Shown here: positions 11,201 through 25,174 of the stretch, piece by piece
Layout of the letters: the number at the start of each line of letters is the position of its first letter
Numbering within the stretch: position 1 is the stretch's first letter
Source of the DNA: Epiperipatus broadwayi
Lineage: Eukaryota; Animalia; Onychophora
NCBI GenBank assembly: GCA_028023455.1
Contig: JAQFVV010000006.1
Location: 124,001-188,000 of the forward strand
Length of the DNA stretch: 64,000 nucleotides
Direction of reading: 5' to 3'
The notes under the pieces: model-generated
Told to the model about the DNA's origin: nothing
The model's input: the letters and a program-made list of their open reading frames with translations, nothing else
Databases searched by the model: none
Translations under genes and position numbers: made by a program

Positions 11201-13951
11201 AACTGTATTTGAAAGCAGCAGATTATTTTGAAATTCATACAGACATTGATGGCACATATGAAGAAAGTTCTAATTAAACTTTTAAAATAAAATTTCTGAA
11301 ATATTTATTTTGAAATAACTCATTGGTTATTCAATGTAGTGATTATACGTAATATTATAAAGAGTTTTTTTCCCACGATTTCTCTTAATTTTCAAAATAA
11401 ATGGTCATTATAGATACTCTACACATTAAGCTTTCTAAAAAGAAATTAAAACAAAAACAGAACAATCTTATGCATAATTATAAAACCGAAATTAAAATAT
11501 AATAAGCTTTTAAATTTAATAAAATTGAATACAGTTGAGAATGTTAGTCATTTCAAAGATGGTTGAAAAGGATATCATTTCAAAGGCAGTTGATATGACG
11601 AATTATTGTCTAAAACACATACATGGAACCCTGAAAGTTTAAAATTATGTCAGTTAATTTTATAATTGGCTTTATAATTTTGAATTCTATTCAGTGCTAA
11701 ATTAATTTAATTTAATTCAAATTAATGCACATATGTAATGCAAGTAATAAATCTGAAATATTTGAACTAAGGTAAAAAGTTAAACTATGTCAGTATTATA
11801 TTCCAACGAAAAGTCTTCACATCATCTCCTGAACAACTTAGATTAATTTGTCTTCTAGTTAATAAACGTTAGATAACCCATTTACTGATCAATAACCGAA
11901 TGACTGAGTTGCTAATGGACCGACTAATTGAGAAAAAAAAAACCCCTAAGTTTGCTTCTGATGAAAAAAAATTTCCAAAATTCATCTGATCTGGATTTGA
12001 ATTCCAAGTCATGCCTTTCAGGCAGGTGCATAAATTATTACGCTGGTTTGTATAAAATGAAGTGTTTGCACATACTTGTTTCTGACCAGAATTATTTAAT
12101 TATATTAACACCCATATTTGTTGAAACACTGCAGAAAGGGAACAATGTTTCAAACTTTACCTATAAACGAATTGGTCAGTTATTTAAGAGATCTAGTGCC
12201 ATTCAAACACCAGAATGGTAACTTATTGACCAAATAAGATTTTCATTTTTATCAGATGGAAATTGTTTAAAAGAATTTCTAATTAGCTCCTGAGCCTGTA
12301 AGAACAATCACAATGGCAAAAGAGTCAAAGTATCTTTAAATAATTCCCTGCAAGGCAAATATTTTTTTCCAGATTGGATTGCAAAAAATTTGCGAAGGCT
12401 AGTCACTTGCCAGGCAGTGAGGATTTTAGCAGTTTTCTTTGCTGCTTTATCCCTGAGCTAATAAAAGCTAGATGTTCATTTTCTAAACAATGTAATAGTT
12501 TTTAACCTGATGGGATTATAGACTAGTTATTTAAAAGGAAAATCCTATCATTGTGTGGAAATCCCTGATTTTTCTGAAAAATTTTCTAAATTTCACCTGC
12601 ACTAAATACCATATCGGAAGTATGGCAGGCAGATGTACTAACACTATACTATATGGTCTCTAATATATATACAAAATAAAGCTAGTTTACCAAAATTACA
12701 TATAATTGTATAGATATTTATTAATTTTACATACTCAATCAAGATTTTTTAGTGTTCCATATATAAATACTTTTCTGTATACCAAAGTGAAGGCCAGATT
12801 TTTTATCTGACAAAATAAATTGGCATGGATGTAATAAAAAATGGGCATTATTTACGAGCTCATTAAATGATTCTTTGGGAATGTAGGTTATGAATTATCT
12901 TAGTAATTAATATATTCGGTCTTAATCATTCCATGAATAGGTTTATCATCTTAGTGTTATATATTTGATAAGCCATAAAATTATTTATGTGCTCTTTAAA
13001 ATCATTACTTACTTTTCTGTATATATGCAATCAATCAAATTTTTTATATTTTCTATTTTGAGCTTATGGTTCACCTTATAGTCAGAGATCGATTTGCGAA
13101 ATAAATGTATCTGCAGTAAGAGAGGTTAACCTGAAAATTTTTCAGATTGATGAAAGGTAACCCTGGAATGATTTATAGAGATTGATAAGCTATTAATCTA
13201 TGTAAAATATTCCAGAGTAACTTCTCTTGCTATAGATATATTTATTTCACAGATCAAAATATCTAAACATTTATCTGGAAATGATAGTCCACTTCCTATT
13301 TGTAAGATGTGTTTAATTAAGAGCTTGAATGTATTAGTAATTGAGGGTAAATCTTTTTCTAATCGTTTCTAAACAATTATAAACAAGTGATTTAGTAATT
13401 ACTGAACTAAATTATAATATTGATATGCTGGTGGCTATAATTCTTTACTTTCATATAGAAAATCGCATAATAACTTCAGCTTTTCAACACCAGGAAATTT
13501 CAATTTATTGTCAAGTTAACTTATGAATAGAAGTTGCCTTGGCAACAGATTGAAGATTCCTGGTGTTGATAAGCTTGAGTTATTATCATGTGATTTACAT
13601 CTGTAAACAATCTACCTTTATGCAAAATCAAATTTAATATATAGAATATTTTTTGTTTATTCTACTTTATCTAGTAGTATATTAGATTATTAAGTAATCC
13701 TTTCTCTTACATAGTAAATGAAATAAATTCAGCCAATGAACATAAAGAAAATATAGTAACATGCAACAGTTGATAAGGATTCGAGCCAGTATTGTTAAAT
13801 TAAGATACATAATGAGAAAATGAGAAACTTTTTCAAAATAAGATATAATTTCAATGGATTATATAAACAAATCTAATAGCCTAATCTAAAATATGTTTTT
13901 TTTTCCTCTTTTCAAACTAAATATCTAAGGTCCTAAAAAAAGAAATCTCAC

Positions 13952-14104
13952 CTGATCTTTTAGTTATTGTACTCATATTGCTACTTAACGGCATTGTATT
14001 CATCCACCCTTGAGGAGGCCGTGGACCAAACTCACCACTAGCGCGTAATTCAGTTGGTAAAGTCAATGTATTTGATGAATGAAAAGAATCAGACCCATCA
14101 CTTC
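13952..14104 (-). CDS. PI4KA: PI4KA exon (SDGSDSFHSSNTLTLPTELRASGEFGPRPPQGWMNTMPLSSNMSTITKRS), 153 nt
   Basis: Follows a 79-nt intron; AG/GT ends; matches [20 protein letters not shown]. Confidence 0.93.
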
Positions 14105-14183
14105 CTATAACATTAATATTCAGATTATAAGCAATTTATATATATATAAATTACTATTATAAAATAAATACATATTACATTAC

Positions 14184-14317
14184 CTGTCGGAAATGGTAAT
14201 ATATAACTCATCCTAAGATATTTTTTGTCAGAATGCATATTTTGCCAAAATTTTATCATAACGAGAATATCTTCGCGTAAACTGTTACCCTTTCTAGTGG
14301 GACAACATGGAGAAACA
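14184..14317 (-). CDS. PI4KA: PI4KA exon (VSPCCPTRKGNSLREDILVMIKFWQNMHSDKKYLRMSYILPFPT), 134 nt
   Basis: Inside track ORF 14125..14334; AG/GT ends; matches LREDISIMIKFW...SDKKYL. Confidence 0.96.
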
Positions 14318-15122
14318 CTAAATAATAATAACAATGTTCCATTAATTTGTACTACTTTTTAAAAAAAAAAATAATAGCAGAATATTATTGGTGTCGAATG
14401 ATGCAAATAATTTAAGAAATTAATAATAGACATTAAAAAAATAAAAAGCAAAATGAGTTTATACTTATTTACTTACAAAAAAGAGCAATTAGTTTGGTAA
14501 ACTAGCGATGTTACGTGAAATACAAAAATAATATCTAACAACATACATTATATAATACTTAATTATACAAAAGAGTAAAAGCAATAAAAAAAGTTGACTA
14601 ATTTGAATATTGTGCATAATCTTTCCAAAGTGAGAAGATATACACTGCCTAATACTTTCTTTTCAACTTTACAGAACATTATTAAAAACAGATATAAAGC
14701 TAGTAAGATAATATCAATTGTTAAAGCCTGAAGCCATTTTTGATTGGCTAAAAGATTCAATTTGATATGTGTTTCATCTTGTTTTTGAAAATGAATTACA
14801 AAATTCAGAATGAAACATATCGATGATAAATTCCTAGCAATGAATATTATAAAAACTTATACAAAATCATTTACAGTTGCATTATAATTAAATTAATAAT
14901 ATATGACTTAGCAATGATGAGTGACCTATAATATAATCTTTTTTTTTAAAATTTAAATGTGTTAAAATGAATAAGTATTGTAAATATGATCAGTTCATAT
15001 TCACTTTTGCTTAGAGATCCAGGAGATTATACATTAGTGAGCTAAATTTAAGTTTTATTACTTGAATATAAATATTGATTTATAATGATAAATTATTAAC
15101 TACAGATTATGCACTATTATAC

Positions 15123-17167
15123 TGTAAGATATATGAATATGCCGTTACATTAAATTGAAATAAAAACTCTTAAAGTTCGCAAATAAAAATAAAATCTATT
15201 AAAAAAAAAACTAAACACTAAAATTAAAATGTTTGTTAAACGTATATATTCACACAGATTCAAAACTTTAAAAATATTTTTTTTTTATAAATTAAAAAAA
15301 GTATTTGAACGTACTTTTTTGATAAAAAAAATACAAGATTTAAATATAAAAATATTTTAATAAAGAAATAACGTAAGTTAAAATAAAAACAGGTATTAAT
15401 TAATTCCTGTAATCTGTAAATGGAAATGATTGTTTATTAATTGAAAAGCAAGCTAGCCTTGGGCTCTTGTGTAATTAAAAAGTCAGATGAAAATTAGATA
15501 AGGAATAAAGAATTAGCTTGTCCAATGTAGAAGCAGCAAAGAAAGGCTCGGACCATAACGAAAAAATGGAACAGTGACATTTTTGTTCGTGGAATCCATA
15601 GGATTATAAAAAGAGAAATATTCAGTTTCCTGACAGTTTCCAACTTGATTTGGTGAGACGAACGATGGGATGCACATATCGTTCTCTCACTTATTTTAAA
15701 AAGTAAAAGACTGTGATTCCAGAATGAACCAGCTAATGCTACCTCCAAAATATCAGACCGGTCTTCCCTGAAAGTCTTCGTAGGAATTGCCAACAGGAAC
15801 ATGGATTCTATTGTAAGCTATTGACATGAACTCTAAAAGTTAAAATTAATTACGAACTTTCGTTCAAGCTTATGAACTTCTATTTGACTTTTAAGTTTAA
15901 AATCAATTGGTAATGTTTAATTTTATATGTTTTGCTTTTGATAAAAATCATTTCCATTTTTTTTTTTTTAATTGTATAAATTATTTAAATGCATGAAATT
16001 TAAGTTGGGTATAAACGTTGCATGGATTCGTTAGTGGTTAATTGTGTTGCTGTTTCATATTCGATTGGAATATATAGGTCATTAGTGTCATTGCGGCATC
16101 TTATGTTGAATGCTACTGGGCTTCTTGTATTCCCTCTGTAACTGACGTTATTGATGACTTTGTATTTTGATCGGTTATGTTTATTCTCGAATGTTTTAAC
16201 CGTGGAATCTATGCAGCCGATCTATACTCAACATTATAAAACAAATTGTATAAAATTCATCTGTGTGAATGTATCTAAATGTTAAATTTAAGTCGGGCGT
16301 GAATGGCTGTATAGATTTGTAAAGTTATATATATAGTTTAAGGGAGGGTAATCTTAGGTTATTCATTTCATAGTTGAATTAGCTCAATGGATTGGATATA
16401 TTTGTATAATTAGTAGATGTAGTATGAGATCCACTAAGGGCAGGATTGTATATATACGCCACACACCCTCTGTTTGCCTATGGATGGGTTTGTAAGTCGG
16501 CAAAGGACCGCAGTCCATTCCTATGGAGTTTTTTGTTTATTGTTCTACTCGCCAACAGATGTAGCATTACTGTTGGTGGAGAGACAATGTCTTCTCTAAC
16601 TCTACTTACTGTTCAGATGTACATTCCTGACAGTATAGTATTTTGTGTTGTCGTATTTTCATGCTACATTGAATACATAAATGGATCAGATGGATTGGCG
16701 GCGGTTTGACTGCGAACTTTTGGCCTAAGGTTAAATAAGGGAAAGAATATTTTCTTTTCAAATGCAGATCTATGTAGTCTATTCATACTCGACTCACTAA
16801 ATAAATATTAAACTCGTTGCAATCTTTTTAAGTGTAAAATTAAAGATTAATATAAAAATCTAAAATGTTAAACTTATTCCTCAAATTTAGAATGATTTTA
16901 TATGTGCGTAAATAAATATTTTTTATGTGTTAATTTCTGGCAGTGGCTTTTATTTATTTAAGATATAAATTAAAGTTATATTTTATCATCTCTGCTACTC
17001 CCTGAGCTAGTGACTTGGGCTAACGATCTGAATATTTAAATAAATTGGAATCTTAACAGCGCGTATCTATCTACTTTATAAATTTTTCTAGGCTCAAATG
17101 CCTAGATGGCGCCCTGTAGTGCAGATTGCGGTTAGATTTGAACTCCACTTCCTTTTGGATCGTTATA
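15123..17167. mobile_element. Solo LTR (~2.05 kb), probably Gypsy-type
   Basis: TGTAAG...CGTTATA termini, ATAC duplicated on both sides, long homology to 31681..33951. Confidence 0.75.
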
Positions 17168-18334
17168 ATACCTGATCTGAAATAAAAATTTTTAAACGTG
17201 ATATCTCTAGAGTGACAGCAATATTTAAAGTCATAACCAGTAAGTATTTAACATTCTACCAATTTATTACTGCTATAAACAGCCCCATTCTCCTAAATCA
17301 AATTTTAGGGCAGTCTTTATTTCAACTTTTCATTGGCTAATTTTTCAAAATTAAAAAATAATAAATGTTTTCTCATTTTCTTCACACAAAGAAATCTCTC
17401 CTTTGATTTGGTAATTGCTCCATCATCCAATAATAATTTTTTTTAAAAAAAAAACTTCAATTTGGTTGGGTAACTGTACAAATTCATTTTTGTCTTACCT
17501 TATATATCATCTGACAAATAGCTGTCAGTTCTACTTCAGCTTTCGATTGAATTACTACAGTTACTGTCTTGAATTTAACTTGCTTATATAATAAAAAAGT
17601 CTATTAAAGAAGATTGAAATCATTTTCAATCAAAATGGTTGTTACTACTTCCAACCAAGATGGCTGCTGCTAACATCAGCCAAGATGGCTGCCGCTAATT
17701 ACAAGCAAGATGGCTTCTGCTACCTTCAACAAAAATGCTGCTATTATGCTTATTACAGCTATCTGATATTTTTTTATCTATTAAAGCAGATTTAAGACAA
17801 AGTAATACTTTTTTAAAGTGAAAAGTAGACTTTTCTAAATTCATTTTTTAAAAAAGTACAATTGTTATTAAAAAACTGAAACTTAGATAATTTGTGAACA
17901 GAAAGAAACTGGGCCTTGTTTAGTCAAGTGAATATTTTTAAATAATAAAAATAAAATAATTGGAGGGGCAGTTTATTGAAAGATCAGGTAATACATGACA
18001 ATCTAAGTAATAGGTTGAGCACGATCTGCTGTTCCAGTTCAAACTGAGATTTTTTCCAATTTTAATCAGCTAAAAATTGATCCAAAAATCTTAAGCTATT
18101 GATCCGCCACCTGTGCTACATTCCTCAAAATAATTCTTATTCAACATTTACTTGACAACATGAACATTATTTCACTATAATTACTCTAAACCAGAGCCAT
18201 CTATTGTAATAAATGAATATTAGTGTAGTTATATCCATATTCCTAGACTAATTCCTACTTATTGGCCATTTTAATTGAGAAACAGAATATTACTCACATC
18301 TAACTGCCATTTTTATCTCGTTTGTGTAATCCAA

Positions 18335-19465
18335 ATATATAAATAAATAATCAATCAAAAAAAAAAAAACAAGATTGAAATAAACAACTATTAATAATTA
18401 TATTATAATACTAATTAAACCAGGTTTCATCTCCATTGAGACCTTCTCAATATGTAGTCGATTTGATAAATATTATATAGTTGTGAGGTGCGCCCAAGGT
18501 GGCCACTTGATAGTGTTAGTCTCTGCAAAAGCACAGAAATATGCCGTTTATGTGGCCCAACTTACAGCCTATAGAACAGATCTGTTCATATTAGCCATTA
18601 GCAGGCCTAGATGACATTGCACATTGTGCTTCGCGTCACTATGGAATAGCGCACACTTCACAGATTGCTACCGTATTATGTGAGGGTGTTTGGAATTCAA
18701 CGAGCCATAAGTGTTTTTAGGTGCATTGGAAATAATGATCTTACAACTTACTGACGTACTATTACATACTAATAATTGTAAGTCCATCCTGTTTCCCTAC
18801 ACATCTTGGAAGGTGAAAGCAATTGGAAAAGGGTATGTCCCAGAACCATTTCACATAAGGCATGTTTGCGGGAGAACAGCTACGAGAGTAATGAAATGGC
18901 TGTCATTGTTCTTTGCTTTGGAACTCATAATCTTCATTTTCTCAGAGTAGTGCATATATTGGCTGATCCTTCAGTTCGTCAAAATCATCGTCCGTCCCCC
19001 CATATTCTAGGGCTACGCGCTGAAAGGTTGGTTTGCTCAGATTTTTGCTTGTATTGGCCGATCCTTCAGATCGGCAAAACCATCAGACCCCTTCCCCGCA
19101 CATTCCAGCGCTATGCACTGAAAGCTTGGTTTGCTCAGAGTAGTGCATGTATTGGCCAATCCTTTGGATCGTCAAAACCATTGGATACCCCCCCCCCAGC
19201 ATATTCCAGCACCATGTGCTGAAATGTACAATGTAATTAAAAAAATGTAATTTAGAAAATAATGTTGGTTCGTAACTTTTTTAAAAATTCTTTTAAAAAT
19301 TGTCGGAGAACAGAAAGCAAAAAATTATCGGCCCGATAACGTTATATTTCATTATTTTTGCAAGCAACAATGCCATCAAGCAGCCACATTGGGCATAAGT
19401 CACAAGAACCATATTATAATAGTTATTTATTTCAATCTTGTTTTGATTGATTATTTATTTATTTG
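18335..19465. mobile_element. Non-autonomous TIR element (~1.1 kb) with an internal ~97-bp tandem repeat
   Basis: aataaataatcaatcaaaa...caagattgaaataaacaactatta at the left is mirrored at ~19410..19465. Tandem units start at ~18941, 19036 and 19134. Confidence 0.6.
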
Positions 19466-21031
19466 TGACAACATTATGGACAAATAAATTATATTGGATA
19501 TTTGACCATTATAGCAATCAGAATATCCTAAAATTTTGAACACAAACCAACTTTTTTGTATCCTACTATAAAATGAAAATGGCCAACAGCAAGAACTCAT
19601 CTGGAATTGGGTCTAAAACACTATCATCCGATATTTAAGGAATTCCGTAACCTTAGAATAGACAGCATTAAAGTAAATATTGCAAATTATTATTCCTATA
19701 GAAGATCTTGAAAAGAAATAGAGAAAACTGTTTGATGATTTGCTTAAAATATGATGTATACCTATTCCAAAAACCACATAACAATGTTAAACAAAAAAAA
19801 TATTACATAGATTTTCAGCTTAGCTAATGCTTGGTAGGAATAAATCCTGTTTATTTTATTCAACACTGCTATTTATTATAAACTTGAATAATAAGCACTA
19901 TTACGTAGTATTTATTGATTATTAAAACATACAATATATGGTAGCAGTGAAGTAGAATAAATAAAATTTGATCCTGTGAAGTGGCAATTCTCAATCTATA
20001 ATACACACGTGAAAATAAACTATTTTTGAAAAATTATATTTAAATTGATTCAAATAGTTTAAAACTGGTATAAAAAATTGAAGTTAAAACTATATCTCCA
20101 TTCGATTATTGCCTTTGCTATCTTCTTTTGTCATAGGCAAAAATGTCCAGACTTATTGCACACTAGATTGAACATTATTTTAGTGCCATACTGCCATTTT
20201 CTACCATTTATTTGGGTGAAAAGGGATTTTCAACAATGTAATATTTAAAAAACAAATAGAAAACTAAATTAATATGTGAGTCTAATTTACACTTACAACT
20301 TCGTAGCTTAAAGCTGAATATTAAACAATCATCTTTTGTAAAGGAAGCATAAGGTTTTCGTTGATTTTAATTGAAAAGTTTTTTTTATCAAAGTTTTTTA
20401 AAGGAATAATTTTGGAAATGCAAGTAATAATAATAAATATTTTGTTTTAAATAAATCAAATATTTAACTTTTATTATAGTAATTATAAATTGGCTGCGAA
20501 AAAAATAAAATAATTATTTTTTATTTGTCTACCTACTTTCTTATTTTGATGCTGACTATTATAAAGGCTGGTCGTATGGAGAAATTTTGTTATTCTTTGG
20601 GTGATATGCAGAATCCAAAGGTCGAGTACTGCTGTTATACAGAATTGTATAAAATGGGGTCATGTGATGATTTTTGATTTATAACATTGTTAAATTGGAA
20701 TTAGTATATAAGTAAACATTAAACAGAGCATCTTATAACATTGGAATGTTATTTGAAAAATTTAATAATTCCAAAATATTTTAACAACTACTCTTTCAAC
20801 AACATATGATTCTAGGTGTTACTAAGTAAAGTAGAATTACTTTAAAACTGAAATTAGAAAAAAAGTGGTTCTTGCTAAACATCAATAATCACAAATATAC
20901 AGATAGAAAAATCATTTTTTGGTTAAAATAAGCATTTTTGATAATAAAAAAAAAACAACTTTTAGTATCACCCATTAAAATATTCACTTCTGATGTATCT
21001 GTGACTTTCTCATTTATTTTCTTATTCTTAC

Positions 21032-21139
21032 GTAAAATAATCCAAAGTGGAGGAATATATACGTTCTCTGAGTACGTTTTTACTAACGCCTGGAGGAAGG
21101 AAATCTCCTTGAAGAAGGTTCAGACCACAACTTAATAAT
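21032..21139 (-). CDS. PI4KA: PI4KA exon (LLSCGLNLLQGDFLPPGVSKNVLRERIYSSTLDYF), 108 nt
   Basis: Acceptor ttttcag, donor gtaaga; matches LLTLGLSLL...NVLREKIYSTAFDYF. Confidence 0.96.
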
Positions 21140-21411
21140 CTGAAAAAAAAAAAACGTATATGAGAGAAAATAAAAATCTTACAATAAATGTCTATTAATT
21201 TCGTTCAATATTTTATGAGCAGATGCAAAATGCTAAAAAGTTAAAACATCGGGCTTGTTAGAATAACAAAATAAAATTGAATAATTAATTTAACATTTTA
21301 ATTCTGCTTTTACAGATATTATTGGTTAAAGCCTGATATGTATTATTAGTATAAATTATAAACTATGCTTCATAATGCATATTTAAGTAAAGTATATTTA
21401 TATCCTCGTAC

Positions 21412-21563
21412 CTAAATCGAGCTCCCACTGTATCAACATGGCGTGATAAAATGTGATCTTTATGACCGACTGTAACCGAAAGAGATCGATGAAGCATATT
21501 AGCAAAAATTTCAATCTGATCTGCACTGCAATAACGAGCAATTTCAATCCTTTCTGCAATAAA
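21412..21563 (-). CDS. PI4KA: PI4KA exon (FIAERIEIARYCSADQIEIFANMLHRSLSVTVGHKDHILSRHVDTVGARF), 152 nt
   Basis: Inside track ORF 21363..21623; acceptor gttgcag, donor gtacga; matches RFEIAKYCSSDQVEIF. Confidence 0.96.
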
Positions 21564-22100
21564 CTGCAACAGACATATAAATGTATATACAATTAAAACA
21601 AATTCACCAAAAAAACAAAACAAAACAAGGAGGCAAAAAATGCTAATTTAGTATTCAAATAATACTTTAAATGTTAATAAGTATTATTTTTGATGAATAT
21701 ATTAAAAATAACAATCATTTTACTAAGATCTTTTTAAACTACTTTCTAATTAGGAGATACAATGGCAAAGTGCATGGTTAATTAAATAGAGATTTTTTTT
21801 CCCTCTCTCATCTGAAATCAAGATCTTCTGGCTCTCAAATCCACCAACTCTTACCACTGAACCAAACAGGCAGAGTAGCAAAAATTAATTTAAATTGTTT
21901 CAAAATAAAACAAGGACTTTTCTTTTCATTTAAAAAAAGTTGAATTTCCTAAAAACTATTAATTTCTTAAATTTTAAAATTATTCATAAGATTAACAACT
22001 ATTTACATACAACTGCAACCCAATAATGATTTAATCCGATAATGAAAAAATAAAACATTTAAATAACAAATTAACTTTGTTCAATATTTTCAAGTATTAA

Positions 22101-23243
22101 ACGATACTAGTCTTATAGCTAAAGACGCCGCTCTATGGCGCCGTTTTCACGCTAAAACACATAAAAATGCCGTTTCCGCGGCCGACACGTTCGAACCTGC
22201 GTTTTCTATAATACAACTTTTTTTGTTGTGCTACAGATTGCAGGCCGCTATGTCGCATCGCAGCAAATAAATTTGGCGAATTCGCACAGTTTATAAAATG
22301 GTTACGGCTTGGTGAGAGGGTGTGTTTTTTGAATTGGATGGAAATGTTGTTTTCATTGGATTTTTTTTTATTTTAAAGTATTGAAATGTTCAGATTTTGT
22401 AAAGTAATAATTATCAGACTTTTTACACTGTACTGTATTGAAGTTTTAATTGGGAAAATGTTGATAAGATATATGTGTAAAGTGAGTTGGAATTAGGTAA
22501 CGCGTCAAGTAACGTACTGTTCGTAACATTCCACGAGACAAACAAGATTCTACCGTGTGTATATTTTTGAAGTAAAAAAGAGCAGTAACACAAAAATATC
22601 CAGTAAGAAAAGTACAATTATGCACGGTTTTTTTGTAAATTTCATAAAAAGCATATATTATAAACATGATTAATAAGTAAAGAAGACATTTTTGTTGTTG
22701 TTTAAAAAAGTTTTACTTTCTTTCTTTTCTCCGATTACGGTTATACTTTTTTGAATATAGTATGTTATCATTTATTTTATAGATGTTTCTAAAAAAAAAT
22801 ATTTACAAAAATTCGATTTTGATATTTTTTATTTTAGCATTACAAACAACAGAACACTAATCCTAAATCTAACCCTAAACCTAACCGTAACAATTTTTAC
22901 TTTTTGTTGACATTCTATACGAAGTAAAAATAGCGATAAAGCCATAACCCCAGTAAAAAAATATACGATAGAAAATTGATTTTTCTAATAAAGCAAAATA
23001 AAAAACACGAATCAAATTGTAATTTGTTTATTTTATTTTACATTTATTATTATCATATAATTTGTATACGTTAATAAAAAATAATATTTAAAAAAAAAAG
23101 ATTTTGTTTTGTTTTTATTTTTGCATTACAAAAAAACACATCAAAATGATTGAAATCAACGGCCCGGGAATGGTCATATTTTATAGTTTTAGCATGAAAA
23201 CGGCGCCATCGAACGGCATCTTTATCTATAAGACAAGCACCTA
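22101..23243. mobile_element. Non-autonomous DNA transposon with ~50-bp TIRs, flanked by TTAA
   Basis: gtcttatagctaaagacgccgctctatggcgccgttttcacgctaaaac versus the reverse complement of the right end, gtcttatagataaagatgccgttcgatggcgccgttttcatgctaaaac. TTAA lies at 22097..22100 and 23244..23247, equidistant from the TIR cores. Confidence 0.75.
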
Positions 23244-24219
23244 TTAAACTAAAAAGCTAATGTGTATTCAAAGATTAATATAATAATAAAACAAATTAAA
23301 TATTTGAATTCAGCTTTCAAAAAGATAATGTGATGACATAAAATTGATTGTTTTCATATTACATAAAACATAATCTACTTTGTTTTGTAATGTATTCTAA
23401 CAATTTGAAAAGATAATTAATTTTCAACTTTTATTTACTGAGAAAATTGATAAAATATTTTTACTTTAATACGAAGAAACATTTCTAAATAATAGCATAA
23501 AGAATATTTAATGGTAGTAATCATAATTACATATTTATAACATTTCTCTAAAAGTACAGTTATTTATCCTTGACAGATCTTTTTGTCATCTGAGATGATA
23601 TAAATTCATATTTCATCGTAAACTTTGGGAATATTTTTAAAAATGAGACATTCGAAGCTATTGTTATTTATAAAAACAAACCAACGGACTCATGAATTAT
23701 TTTTGATGGGCTAATAAAAAATTTAACTTATCTCTTTCATCATACATAAATATTACGGATAAAAAGATGGGTAAAAGTATGCCTTTTCTTCAAATGAAAA
23801 ACAATTTATAAGACATCACATTTGTTAATGCAACCTATCACAATGACTTCAAAAGGTTAATACTAGTTTTCATAGTATTTTAATTTCCTTCTTGAAATAT
23901 AGTTTGTTAAGTTCAAAATAGAAGATTAGATAATTTATATCCCTCCCATGATAAGAAAACTCATCAAAAATATGTATTTTCAATGAACATCATGAAAACC
24001 TTCTTAAATTATCTATAAAAATACTTCATTCGAAACTCATCTGCATAACTATTTTTAAAAAAATCATTAATGTATTAAAAAATAACAATTTATATTACAA
24101 TATTAATGAAAAAGTGTATGGTTACTATGAAATTTATATATATAAAATAATTAGATAAAGACTTAAATTTATAAAGAACAGTGTAATTGTTTTATATATA
24201 AAAATACAAGAATACATAC

Positions 24220-24378
24220 TTTCGTCCAAAGATTATGAGGTTCTACAAATTTAGCCTCTGGCTTCAGCTCTACACCTTCATCGGGACCTAACGCACAAGG
24301 AAGTTCTTTATCTTCAGAAAAAAGTCCCAGTTTTAAATCTATAGTTCGCTGCCAGGCAGTTGACATTTCACGCAAAAA
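24220..24378 (-). CDS. PI4KA: PI4KA exon (FLREMSTAWQRTIDLKLGLFSEDKELPCALGPDEGVELKPEAKFVEPHNLWTK), 159 nt
   Basis: Overlaps track ORF 24169..24375; AG/GT ends; resembles FMREMAGAW...FGLFS...PHYIWI. Confidence 0.95.
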
Positions 24379-25056
24379 CTAGGCATAAATGAAACAAATG
24401 ATTTTTCATTTAGTTTGAAATATTAATTTTTACCTACAATCTCAAAATATGTAGACATTTGATATGAAAACAAAAAGATAAAAAAAATAGTGACATTTTA
24501 AAGCAAAACTTTATTTTATTAAAGATAGGTTTTTTACAATAAGTGTGAATTATTGCTAACAGTATGTAACTTTGTCCTAGAACATCATATCTTCTGAGTG
24601 CATGTTCAGGATTAAGTAGTGTAATTCAAGGTTTTGATAACAACAGTCACACTAAACTTATTTTAAAATTTAAATTCATTTTTAGAATAGTATTTGATGC
24701 TAAAACATGATGAAAAACGATGGCGTGCCCACAAATATGTATATATTTCACAATTTTTGGTGATGTAATAAAATTTGAGAGGGATTTAGAAATATGATAA
24801 TTCCCTGAATTTTCTGCTTTTTGGTTTCATTTCTGACTCTGGATAATATAAACTATGGAAAGCAGCAAACTATACATAACATATGTTTAACATATGAGCA
24901 TACACACACTACACATGTTGAACTTTAAGAAAGTGCACATTTAAATATCATATATCGTAGAATAAAGCAGTTATGATGAAAAGAAATATGGAATATATTT
25001 AGAGAGAAAGAACGGAAGCAATCACATGAATAAACTAAAAAAAAAAGTCATATGAC

Positions 25057-25174
25057 TTTATTGCTCAGGGAGTTCGTAAAAAGTTCGAGCACCAGATATA
25101 CGAGCGCCAGAACCAATCCTGCGACCTTCCTCTCCCAAGTCAGAGACTCTACCAACTGCGCCAAACCATGCGGG
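25057..25174 (-). mobile_element. tRNA-derived SINE remnant (related copies at ~40883..41005 and ~60623..60735)
   Basis: A-box-like TGGCGCAGTTGG with a degenerate B box; shared 3' segment (ttattgctc.ggga...agttcgagcaccag...gccagaac) among the copies. Confidence 0.5.

Noticed and set aside
10300-12250. Decayed transposase-like coding texture (ORFs 10787 and 11928)
   Set aside because: No diagnostic motif that I can name with confidence.
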